This document shows positions 27,199 through 35,475 of a DNA stretch of 48,755 nt, piece by piece. Position 1 is the first letter of the stretch. The number at the start of each line of letters is the position of its first letter. This DNA comes from a virus (taxonomy: Duplodnaviria > Caudoviricetes). A model generated the notes under the pieces. It worked only from the letters and a program-made list of their open reading frames with translations, was not told where the DNA came from and searched no databases. Made by a program: the position numbers and the translations under genes. The DNA lies in the IMG/VR virus record IMGVR_UViG_3300035670_000332, positions 1 to 48,755 of that record. One strand, written 5' to 3'.

Positions 27199-27222
27199 AA
27201 GACCCAATAAGGGTCTTTTTTT
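27199..27222 (+). terminator. Rho-independent terminator
   Basis: AGACCC-AATAA-GGGTCT followed by a T-tract. Confidence 0.8.
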
Positions 27223-27247
27223 ATACAAAAAATAAGAAGGTGATATA

Positions 27248-27322
27248 ATGCCAGAATGGGTTTATTTGTTAATACTGCTGCTGTTTAGTCCGGTTATATT
27301 ATTTTTATTGAATTTGAAATAA
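27248..27322 (+). CDS. 24-aa hydrophobic peptide
   Basis: MPEWVYLLILLLFSPVILFLLNLK; AAGGTGA RBS. Confidence 0.35.
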   Translation: MPEWVYLLILLLFSPVILFLLNLK

Positions 27323-27326
27323 TGTA

Positions 27327-27355
27327 TTGACATTGTAATGATTATATGTTATTAT
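27327..27355 (+). promoter_or_regulatory. Strong sigmaA-type promoter, copy 3
   Basis: TTGACA-N17-TATTAT; 27323-27348 is identical to 26737-26762 (26 bp). Confidence 0.85.
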
Positions 27356-27404
27356 TAATATAGAGGCTAGTTAATAGCCTACTAAAAAAAAGGGGTGGAT
27401 AATT

Positions 27405-27818
27405 ATGTTGCTGTATCACGGGTCAGATGCGGATCAAGAATTTGAGGTGTTGAAGAGCGGTGTAAGTACTGGGACATCACACCGCAAAGAAAATAATGTT
27501 ACACTATTGGGCGTGTGGATGACGCCTGATAAAGCAGTAGCAGAAGAGTATGCGCAAGGCATGTACACATATACATGCCAAGTCGAATTAGGCAATGTGT
27601 TAGACCTGTCCAATTCTATCGAATATACTTTTGAAAGTTTGTGCACTCAAGCGTATGCTGAGTGTACTTATCCGCAGTGTCTGCAAAATGTTATTTTGCA
27701 GGAAGCCAGAGAAAATGGATATGATACAGTTATTTTCTCTGACTGCAACAGAGGCTTGGATTCAAAATCGTATGTAGTATTAAATGAAAAGATGATAAAA
27801 ATTTTAGAAGTCGAATAG
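27405..27818 (+). CDS. ADP-ribosyltransferase-fold protein (ART-PolyVal-like)
   Basis: LYHGS, GVWMTPD..VAEEYA, GYD.VI and YVVLN...IKI motifs. Confidence 0.6.
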   Translation: MLLYHGSDADQEFEVLKSGVSTGTSHRKENNVTLLGVWMTPDKAVAEEYAQGMYTYTCQVELGNVLDLSNSIEYTFESLCTQAYAECTYPQCLQNVILQEARENGYDTVIFSDCNRGLDSKSYVVLNEKMIKILEVE

Positions 27819-27826
27819 AAATCCAT

Positions 27827-27849
27827 AAGAGCCTTAAGGCTCTTTTTTT
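27827..27849 (+). terminator. Rho-independent terminator
   Basis: AAGAGCC-TTAA-GGCTCTT followed by a T-tract. Confidence 0.8.
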
Positions 27850-27871
27850 ATGTAATAAAGTAGGTGATTAG

Positions 27872-28225
27872 ATGGCACATAAAACTATAGATAGAGATAT
27901 ACTTAATGCACAGCTTAATGATTATATCGATACACATGATGAACCTATGATACAGGAGTTTTGCCTTTTGTATGGATATGGAAGACAGACAATGTATGAT
28001 ATTGCTGAGGATAACGAACAGATTGCGTACACTATGAAAAGGTTAATGCTTAAACAAGAGATATATTTAGTCAAACAAGCTGAGGCAGGTAAAATAAATC
28101 CTGCATTTGCCATTTTTAGACTAAAACAACGTGGTTTTGACTACAAAGACAAACAAGAAATCGAGCACACTGACAAACGCATTCAAATTGACCTAGCCCC
28201 AGAACTCAAAAAACTATCCGAATAG
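27872..28225 (+). CDS. Terminase small subunit
   Basis: 117 aa. P.I..F......RQTMYD HTH, then AIFRLK...YKDKQEIE, as in P22 gp3-like small terminases. Confidence 0.75.
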   Translation: MAHKTIDRDILNAQLNDYIDTHDEPMIQEFCLLYGYGRQTMYDIAEDNEQIAYTMKRLMLKQEIYLVKQAEAGKINPAFAIFRLKQRGFDYKDKQEIEHTDKRIQIDLAPELKKLSE

Positions 28226-28245
28226 CAGCAATGGAGGTATATTAT

Positions 28246-28332
28246 ATGAGCTTTACACAGAGTATCATTATTCTGATGCTATTATTTTTCATCAATCTAT
28301 TATTTCTATATAAGTCATTCAAAAAGTACTAG
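28246..28332 (+). CDS. 28-aa hydrophobic peptide with a basic tail
   Basis: MSFTQSIIILMLLFFINLLFLYKSFKKY; GGAGG RBS. Confidence 0.4.
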   Translation: MSFTQSIIILMLLFFINLLFLYKSFKKY

Positions 28333-28442
28333 ATTATTTTTTAGTCTAGGTTATAATATATTTGTTGGGTGAACTACAAATAGGCATTAGATGTTGTAAT
28401 TAGGTTGCATCATATAATGCTTTTTTTGCTGTCCTCTATTCC

Positions 28443-28474
28443 CGATTACACGAAACTGTTATTTCGTGTAATCG
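28443..28474. other. Perfect inverted repeat with a 6-bp spacer (dif-like 11-6-11 geometry)
   Basis: CG-ATTACACGAAA-CTGTTA-TTTCGTGTAAT-CG. Confidence 0.5.
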
Positions 28475-28993
28475 TAAATGTAATATTCCCTAACATATTA
28501 CTACTGTTATATATAGATGTATATAGCTATGTTCTGTCTATATGATTGATATGTACTATGTGTATTGTATGGGTATATATGTAATGTAATATAAATTATT
28601 TTTATTTTTTTGTATATAGGGTATAGTATAGTATATTGGATAATTATTAGTGGTATAGGTTGGTTGTGGTGGTGTGATGCTGGTTAGGGGTATGGGGGGC
28701 TACCCGTCCCAAATTAAGGTTCCAGTTGACAGGAAGTTTTGTTATTACCCACCAACAAAATATCCCATCCACAAAAATATCCACCAACAAAAATATCTAT
28801 CCACATACCCACCCCACCCCATTCCAATTTTTTTTATTTCACGTTTACCAAATAAAATTTTTCATAATTTAAAAAGCATAACTCAACTTAAACTTTACCA
28901 GACAAGTATCAGTCAATTAAGAAGAGAGGAATACAAGTACAAATAAACGTATTGCAAGTATTGGTATTAGTTATGTAGATAGCATTTTAGAAG

Positions 28994-29040
28994 CGTATCA
29001 TTTTTGACACGTTTTATAATAAAAACGTATCATTTTTGAC
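28994..29040 (+). repeat. Two 15-bp direct repeats CGTATCATTTTTGAC (operator/iteron-like)
   Basis: Copies at 28994-29008 and 29026-29040 (32-bp period), just upstream of the RepL-like gene. Confidence 0.8.
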
Positions 29041-29069
29041 CTATCCGTTGGAATTAGGGAGGTTTAAGA

Positions 29070-29546
29070 TTGAATAAATATATTGTTACTGAGGATGGAG
29101 AAGTAATTGATACCATTGGTAATAATGATAAGATACTAAGAGGTACAAGTATTGATTTCTTAAAAGAATTAGAGGGTGTTCCAAAAGACGAACACTTTAC
29201 CAAACTATATCATAAAGTAACACCTATGTTAATTGAGTCGGATTTAAGTGCTGGTTGTTTAATAATATTTTTATATCTTGCGACTAATTTACGATATAAA
29301 AGTAATGTTGCTAAGTATGGAAATGGAAAGTTAATTACTAGAGAAAATATAAAAAATGATTTAAAATTATCAATATCAACACTAAAGAGGTCGATATATA
29401 AATTAATCCGTGAAGGTCTTATTGCCGAGGTAAGAACAATAGAAGGTAAAGTATTTATTGTAAATCCTTATGTTGTTATGGTTGGTGATAAGATTAATAA
29501 AACGGTATTTGATTTATTTAGAAGGTCAAAATGGGCAAGGTGGTAG
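29070..29546 (+). CDS. RepL-like winged-HTH protein
   Basis: FTKLY, an HTH (TRENIKNDLKLSISTLKRSIYKLIREGLI) and FIVNPYV. Confidence 0.65.
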   Translation: MNKYIVTEDGEVIDTIGNNDKILRGTSIDFLKELEGVPKDEHFTKLYHKVTPMLIESDLSAGCLIIFLYLATNLRYKSNVAKYGNGKLITRENIKNDLKLSISTLKRSIYKLIREGLIAEVRTIEGKVFIVNPYVVMVGDKINKTVFDLFRRSKWARW

Positions 29547-29547
29547 C

Positions 29548-29691
29548 ATGTATCTTATATTATTTATGATTGCTTTATTCTTTACAGCATATGTTCCTAC
29601 TAAGAACTACAATGATAAGATAAAACTTATTAAACAAAAGGAATTTTTAGAACTAAAAGAAAGTATTATAAAAGAATATCGGCAAAGGTGA
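29548..29691 (+). CDS. Small membrane-anchored protein
   Basis: MYLILFMIALFFTAY followed by a basic helix. Confidence 0.45.
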   Translation: MYLILFMIALFFTAYVPTKNYNDKIKLIKQKEFLELKESIIKEYRQR

Positions 29692-29694
29692 AAT

Positions 29695-29946
29695 ATGAAG
29701 TGTAAACATGAAAATATTGATTATTCTATTGAAACAGAGAATTTTAAAAATGTAGATAGGTTTACTTTGATAACTAAACCTATTACAATATTTGCGTTCT
29801 GTTCTGATTGTGAAAAGGATCTACCAAAGCATAATTTATTTGTTGTTTCAGGTGTGTATGGTGATTTTGAATTAAATATTAACATTGATACAAAGAAAGA
29901 TAAAAAGGTACAACCAGTAAAGCATGGAATACCAGCTTATGAATAA
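29695..29946 (+). CDS. Hypothetical zinc-binding protein
   Basis: CKH...CSDC. Confidence 0.5.
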   Translation: MKCKHENIDYSIETENFKNVDRFTLITKPITIFAFCSDCEKDLPKHNLFVVSGVYGDFELNINIDTKKDKKVQPVKHGIPAYE

Positions 29947-30256
29947 GGAGGGGATTTTATTGGATAGAGAAACTTTAAAAAGCACCATTGAATTAATAAT
30001 TAAACAGAATGAAAGAGACGAAAGATTTAATAACGCCATGAAGGAATTCATTGGTCAAGGTATTTATGTTATCCCTGAGAATTTTTGTTATGAAGCCTTG
30101 ATTAAATTACTTAGAAAACAAATTGATCCTTATGATTATATCGAGTGGTGGTTATATGAACCAGTTGAAAAAATTGTAACTGAAAAAGATGGAACTAAGC
30201 ATGATTTAACCACACTTGATAGTTTATGTGATTATTTAATAAAAAATAAAGATTAG
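29924..30256 (+). CDS. Hypothetical phage protein
   Basis: IEWWLYE...LCDYL motif; true start is probably further downstream. Confidence 0.6.
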   Translation: MEYQLMNKEGILLDRETLKSTIELIIKQNERDERFNNAMKEFIGQGIYVIPENFCYEALIKLLRKQIDPYDYIEWWLYEPVEKIVTEKDGTKHDLTTLDSLCDYLIKNKD

Positions 30257-30282
30257 ATATAATTTAATAAAAATTATCTGAA

Positions 30283-30319
30283 GGTATCAAACCTCTAATA
30301 ATAAACGAGGTTTGATACC
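30283..30319 (+). promoter_or_regulatory. 13-bp perfect hairpin occluding the terL ribosome-binding site
   Basis: GGTATCAAACCTC-N11-GAGGTTTGATACC, immediately followed by ATG 30320. Confidence 0.7.
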
Positions 30320-32722
30320 ATGAAAAAAATAGAACTAAAAGGTGAACCAAATCCAAGACAATTGGATTTTTTTATTGCCAATGGGCGTCATATTGCTTAT
30401 GGTGGAGCCCGTGGTGGTGGAAAAGCTCAACCAATTACCGAACCAATATTAACACCCGGCGGATATAAACCAATGAGCGATATCAAAATAAATAGCTTTG
30501 TTATAGGTAGTAATGGATTGCCTGCAAAAGTAAATCAAATACACCCACAAGGCGAAAAGGATATTTATGAAGTTGAATTTATTGATGGTGCAAGTACAAG
30601 AGTTACATTAGACCATCTTTGGTTAGCTAAACGCTCTGGTGGAAGATATAAAAAAAAGGTTTATACTACACAAGAATTAATAGATTTAAACAGCAAAGGC
30701 ATAAATATTTTAATTCCATTAGTTAATCCAATAGAATACGTAAAAAAAGAGTTGTCTATTAAGCCATATACCCTGGGAATGTTGTTGGGTGATGGATGTC
30801 TTGTTAAACCACATGAGACAACATTTACTACAGCAGATAAAGAAATTATTGAGAATATAATAAATGATGGATATAAGGTTAATAAGAGAAAAAGTTCTTA
30901 TTGCTATAGTATTGTTGATTTCAGTAAAGAAAATAAATATTTAAACGATTATAATTTAAAAGTTAAAAGTGATCTTAAATATATACCAGATGAATATAAA
31001 TATAGCTGTATTAATGACAGATTGCAATTAATACAAGGCTTATTTGATACAGATGGATATGTAGATAATAGGGGTCATATTGAATTTACTACTGTTTCTT
31101 TTAAATTGGCTAAAGACGTTCAAGAATTAATATGGAGTATTGGCGGTAAATGCACAATCAAACAGCATAGTAGTTCTTATCTAAAGAACGGAGAGCGTAT
31201 TAAATGCAAAGAAAAATATAGACTTTATATTAGAACTAAGATTGACAAATCGTTATTTAGGTTGACTCGCAAAAAAGAAAGATGTAAAGAAATTTTTAAT
31301 GGTGGAGTTTCTGAATTACAACGAAGAATAATTTCTATAAAATATATCGGGAAAGAAATATGTCAATGTATAACCGTTGATAATGAAGATGGATTATACG
31401 TAACAAAAGACTATATACTTACTCATAATAGCTGGGCTATGAGAAGAAAATTTGTATTGCTTGCTATGAGGTATGAAGGATTACAAATACTTTTATTAAG
31501 ACGTACCCTGCCAGAACTAAGAGAAAATCATATATTACCACTTCAACAAGAATTATATGGGTTTGCTAATTATAAAGACAGTGAAAAATCATTTGTATTC
31601 CCAAATGGTAGCAGGATTAAACTTGGTTATTGCGATAATGAATCTGATGTATATCAATATCAGGGTCAGGAGTATGATGTGATAGGAATGGAAGAAGCAA
31701 CACATTTCACAGATAGTCAAAGAGTATTTTTATCAACTTGTAACAGGTCAACTAGGACTGATTTTTCGCCTAGAATGTATTACACCGCTAACCCCGGTGG
31801 TGTAGGTCATGTTTGGTTTAAAAGATTATTTATAGATAGAGATTATCAGGCTAAAGAAAAACCAGAACATTATATATTTATTCCAGCAAAGGTCTATGAT
31901 AATACAGTACTTATGGAAAACAATCCCGAATATGTTGAGATATTAGAGAACCTTCCAGAAGATTTAAGACGCGCCCATCTTGATGGAGATTGGGACGCAT
32001 TAGCAGGTCAATATTTCCGTGAATTTAGGAGAGAAATACATACAATAGATGCTTTTGAGATCCCTAAAGAATGGCGCAGATATAGAACCGTTGACTATGG
32101 TTTGGATATGTGTGCTTGTTATTGGGTAGCTCTCTCCCCTACTCGTAAAGCTTATGTTTATAGAGAATTGCATCAACCTAATTTGATTATTTCAGAAGCT
32201 GCTAATATGATTAAATCAATGACACCTGATGATGAAGAAATATATACAACTTTTCTCCCACCTGATTTATATAACAGGAGACAAGATACTGGTAAGAGTG
32301 CTGCTGATATTTTCTATGAAAATGGTATTAAACATCAAAAGTCAATTAATGATAGAATTCTTGGTTGGTACAACATGAAAGAATGGTTAATGGTATATAA
32401 TACTAGAGATGAACAGACCGGAGAAGAATATAAGACCTCTAACCTTGTTATATTTAAGAATTGTGTAAATCTTGCTAAACATATACCTCAATTACAGTCA
32501 GATGATAAAGAACCAAACGATGTAGCAACTGAGCCGCACGACATAACACATAGTTGTGATGCAATTAGGTATTTTTGCGCAACATATTCAAGACCCAGTA
32601 AAGAAGAAAAAGAACAACTATCAGGCAATTATTTTAAAACAGAGTTACTCATGAAGGGTTTTAAACCTTACCAGATTAAGAATTTAGTAAAATCAGGAAA
32701 GGTTAAACTTTTAGGTGATTAA
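30320..32722 (+). CDS. terL: Terminase large subunit (intein-containing; about 465 aa after splicing)
   Basis: Walker A GGARGGGK|S, Walker B IGMEEA, TANPGG, and nuclease motifs VDYG and HSCDAIRY. Confidence 0.95.
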   Translation: MKKIELKGEPNPRQLDFFIANGRHIAYGGARGGGKAQPITEPILTPGGYKPMSDIKINSFVIGSNGLPAKVNQIHPQGEKDIYEVEFIDGASTRVTLDHLWLAKRSGGRYKKKVYTTQELIDLNSKGINILIPLVNPIEYVKKELSIKPYTLGMLLGDGCLVKPHETTFTTADKEIIENIINDGYKVNKRKSSYCYSIVDFSKENKYLNDYNLKVKSDLKYIPDEYKYSCINDRLQLIQGLFDTDGYVDNRGHIEFTTVSFKLAKDVQELIWSIGGKCTIKQHSSSYLKNGERIKCKEKYRLYIRTKIDKSLFRLTRKKERCKEIFNGGVSELQRRIISIKYIGKEICQCITVDNEDGLYVTKDYILTHNSWAMRRKFVLLAMRYEGLQILLLRRTLPELRENHILPLQQELYGFANYKDSEKSFVFPNGSRIKLGYCDNESDVYQYQGQEYDVIGMEEATHFTDSQRVFLSTCNRSTRTDFSPRMYYTANPGGVGHVWFKRLFIDRDYQAKEKPEHYIFIPAKVYDNTVLMENNPEYVEILENLPEDLRRAHLDGDWDALAGQYFREFRREIHTIDAFEIPKEWRRYRTVDYGLDMCACYWVALSPTRKAYVYRELHQPNLIISEAANMIKSMTPDDEEIYTTFLPPDLYNRRQDTGKSAADIFYENGIKHQKSINDRILGWYNMKEWLMVYNTRDEQTGEEYKTSNLVIFKNCVNLAKHIPQLQSDDKEPNDVATEPHDITHSCDAIRYFCATYSRPSKEEKEQLSGNYFKTELLMKGFKPYQIKNLVKSGKVKLLGD
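30425..31429 (+). mobile_element. Class 3 intein (335 aa) with a LAGLIDADG homing endonuclease
   Basis: Starts AQP and ends THN|S. Block B TLDHLW, block F CQCITV, block G LTHN; endonuclease motifs LGMLLGDG and IQGLFDTDG. Confidence 0.92.
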
Positions 32723-32900
32723 CATGTTAAATCAACTTACAAACGACATTATAACAATAGTAAGCCTTATATTTGGGATTGCAGGGTTATATGTTGGAAT
32801 ATGGGATTTACGTATTGATATGAGAGATTTAAAACAAGATGCTAATGCATTACAAATGAAGGAGGAAGATGACAATGCCGATGGCAAAGGGAAAAAGTAA
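32715..32900 (+). CDS. Small single-TM protein
   Basis: IITIVSLIFGIAGLYVGIW helix. Confidence 0.5.
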   Translation: MINMLNQLTNDIITIVSLIFGIAGLYVGIWDLRIDMRDLKQDANALQMKEEDDNADGKGKK

Positions 32901-33027
32901 AAAGGCAATAGGTAAAAACATTAAGATGATGATGGAAGAAGGAAAAGACCAGAAACAAGCTGTGGCAATTGCTATGGATAAAGCTGGCAAAGGAATGAAA
33001 AAGAAAAAAGGCAAAGCGTGTAAATAA
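32875..33027 (+). CDS. Small basic phage protein (50 aa, KQAVAIA motif, not in ORF track)
   Basis: MPMAKGKSKKAIGKNIKMMMEEGKDQKQAVAIAMDKAG; AGGAGG RBS. Motif is common near podovirus terminase/portal genes. Confidence 0.75.
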   Translation: MPMAKGKSKKAIGKNIKMMMEEGKDQKQAVAIAMDKAGKGMKKKKGKACK

Positions 33028-33043
33028 ATTATATAAGGAGGTC

Positions 33044-33859
33044 TTGGAACCCTTGAAGATTAAATTATTTGAGAACGATACAATTTGTGATAAAGCTAAA
33101 GAAATATTAAGTGATTATGTTGAATATACCCTCTCCCCTACTGATACGGATATAATATGGACTGGGCTAACACCTATAACCACAGATAAAATTGTATTTT
33201 GCCCATGTACAGGTGTTGACCACATTAAATCACCTAAGATTATACATCTCAACGACAAATGGAAACGTAAAGAAGGGCGAATGATTACTTCTACTGCTGA
33301 ACATACATTAAGCCTTATTTTACAACTCGCTAAAATGAAGCGTATGCAGTTAAAAGGTAAAAAAATTGGGATAATAGGCAATGGCAGAATAGGAACGCAC
33401 ATATTTAGATACAGTCTTGCTCTTAACCTTGACGTAACATTTAATGACACAAAAGAACGTGGTGGATCAGTTTATCCAAATACACCATTAAATAAATTAT
33501 TAAAAGAGTCCGACATAATTACGCTTCATGTTCCGCTTAATGATGAAACTCGCGGACTAATATGCGCAAAAGAATTTAGTATGATGAAAAGAGGTGCTTT
33601 GCTTGTTAATACAAGCAGACCAGAAATAGTTCATTACTCGTCATTAATTGAAGCTCTTAATAATGGACTTGGAGGGTATGCAGACGATTTTAAAAATGAA
33701 AGGGAAATAAAATATCCTTATTGGGTAAATATGAATATTATACAAACAAATCATATCGGCGGTAACTGCATTGAAGCCAGAGAACTAACAGATATATATA
33801 TCGCCGAGCAGGTTGTAAATTATATAAAGGAGATGTCAAATGAACACAGAAATGATTAA
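33044..33859 (+). CDS. D-isomer-specific 2-hydroxyacid dehydrogenase family protein
   Basis: TGVDHI, STAEHT, IGIIGNGRIG, DIITLHVPL, VNTSR and HIGG motifs. Confidence 0.9.
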   Translation: MEPLKIKLFENDTICDKAKEILSDYVEYTLSPTDTDIIWTGLTPITTDKIVFCPCTGVDHIKSPKIIHLNDKWKRKEGRMITSTAEHTLSLILQLAKMKRMQLKGKKIGIIGNGRIGTHIFRYSLALNLDVTFNDTKERGGSVYPNTPLNKLLKESDIITLHVPLNDETRGLICAKEFSMMKRGALLVNTSRPEIVHYSSLIEALNNGLGGYADDFKNEREIKYPYWVNMNIIQTNHIGGNCIEARELTDIYIAEQVVNYIKEMSNEHRND

Positions 33860-34775
33860 ACATTGTGATTTATGTGGTAACAATGATTTTATTCCTGTTT
33901 GGGATAAAATTTGGAATATAAAAAATAAAAAAGGAAACTTTGGGATTTTAATAGAACATGATGGGAAATACTACAATTATATTAATGTAATGTGCAATAA
34001 ATGTGGATTAATGTTTGTAACTCCAAGAATGACAGAAGAAGCAACTACTGAGTATTACTCATCAGTATATAGAAATGATTATGGAATAGACTTAGCAGGA
34101 GAAAAATATCACGCTTTTAAAGCAATAGAACATATTGGCAGAAATAAAAAAATATTTAATTTTACAAAAGATAAAAAATATAAAATATTAGAAATAGGTT
34201 GTTCAACTGGAATATTCCTTGAGAATATGAAACATGAAAATATAGAAGTTTTTGGCGTTGAACAATGTAAAGAAACTGCTAAGATAGCACAAGATAAAGG
34301 TTTAAATGTTGATAATTGCCGTATAGAGGATTATAATGGCAAAGATTTTGACATGGTTGCTATATTTAATACACTTGAACATATGCACAGCCCAACAAGT
34401 GTATTAGAAAAGATACACAGCATATTAAAACCTGATGGTCTTATTTATGTTGTGGTTCCTGATTTATATACAAATATGGTAGGCTTGAATGCAGACGCTT
34501 TTCTCAGCTGTGCTCATTTGTTTAATTTTGATATAGTAACTTTAAAATTATTTATCGAAAAGTGTGGATTTAAAGCCGAAAGTATTTCAAGTAAAATTGA
34601 AATTAATATGGATAAATTACATTGTATAGCCAGAAAATGTAATACAAAAGGATTTGAGATAAAACATGATCCAACTAAATACATACCATATATTCACAAC
34701 AGACTAGAAGCTATGACAAATTTAGCATTTACAAAGAATATGTTTATTTCAAAAGGGGTGGAATTATATGAGTAA
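33840..34775 (+). CDS. Class I SAM-dependent methyltransferase with an N-terminal zinc ribbon
   Basis: CDLC/CNKCGL, ILEIGCSTG, LEHM..P, LKPDG...VVVP and HLFNF motifs. Confidence 0.9.
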   Translation: MNTEMIKHCDLCGNNDFIPVWDKIWNIKNKKGNFGILIEHDGKYYNYINVMCNKCGLMFVTPRMTEEATTEYYSSVYRNDYGIDLAGEKYHAFKAIEHIGRNKKIFNFTKDKKYKILEIGCSTGIFLENMKHENIEVFGVEQCKETAKIAQDKGLNVDNCRIEDYNGKDFDMVAIFNTLEHMHSPTSVLEKIHSILKPDGLIYVVVPDLYTNMVGLNADAFLSCAHLFNFDIVTLKLFIEKCGFKAESISSKIEINMDKLHCIARKCNTKGFEIKHDPTKYIPYIHNRLEAMTNLAFTKNMFISKGVELYE

Positions 34776-35472
34776 AATTATTGCAGATGCTTGTTTAAAC
34801 CATCTTGGCAATAAACAAATAATAGAACATATGATAAAGTCAGCTTCCGAATGTGGAGTTGACTTTATTAAATTTCAAGCATTCCAAACTAAACACCTTA
34901 ATGTTGACGAACCATTTTGGCGTGATAAATACGAATATTACAATAAACTTCAATTAAAAGATGATGATTATAAATTTATAGTGGACAAGTGTAGACAATA
35001 TAAAATATTGCCAATGTTTACAGTGTTTCACAAAGAAGTAATACCTATACTGGTTGACTTAGATGTTTTTCATTGTAAGATTGCAAGTCCTGATGCTGAT
35101 AATTACAGGCTTATAAATGAATGTATATTAAGCTTTGATGATGTATTTATTAGTACTGGCATGGGGGTTCCAGACTTTAAATATTCTGCTTATTATTTTT
35201 ATTGCGTTTCAAGATACCCTGCTCCATATTCTGATATTGACTTTGACAAAATGCCATTATTTGATGGTTTTTCAGATCATACCGAAAATATTATTTCAGC
35301 TAAAAAAGCCATTGATTTAGGAGTTAAATATATCGAAAGACATTTCACTCTAGGTAAATACTTGCCGGGTAATGACCACTTATTCTCAAGCACACCTGAT
35401 GAATTCAAGGAATTATGCAGTTATAGAGATTACAAAAACAAATGTAAATTATATAAAAAAAGATGGAGGTAA
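34768..35472 (+). CDS. neuB: N-acetylneuraminate / nonulosonate synthase (short, no C-terminal SAF domain)
   Basis: IIAD...NHLG, IKFQ, KIAS, ISTGM, CVSRYP, GFSDHT and IERHFTL...G.DH motifs. Confidence 0.92.
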   Translation: MSKIIADACLNHLGNKQIIEHMIKSASECGVDFIKFQAFQTKHLNVDEPFWRDKYEYYNKLQLKDDDYKFIVDKCRQYKILPMFTVFHKEVIPILVDLDVFHCKIASPDADNYRLINECILSFDDVFISTGMGVPDFKYSAYYFYCVSRYPAPYSDIDFDKMPLFDGFSDHTENIISAKKAIDLGVKYIERHFTLGKYLPGNDHLFSSTPDEFKELCSYRDYKNKCKLYKKRWR

Positions 35473-35475
35473 ATC

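Noticed and set aside
28674-28946. 90-aa ORF across the G-rich/C-rich switch
   Set aside because: Low-complexity translation from skewed, repetitive DNA; the region is more plausibly non-coding.
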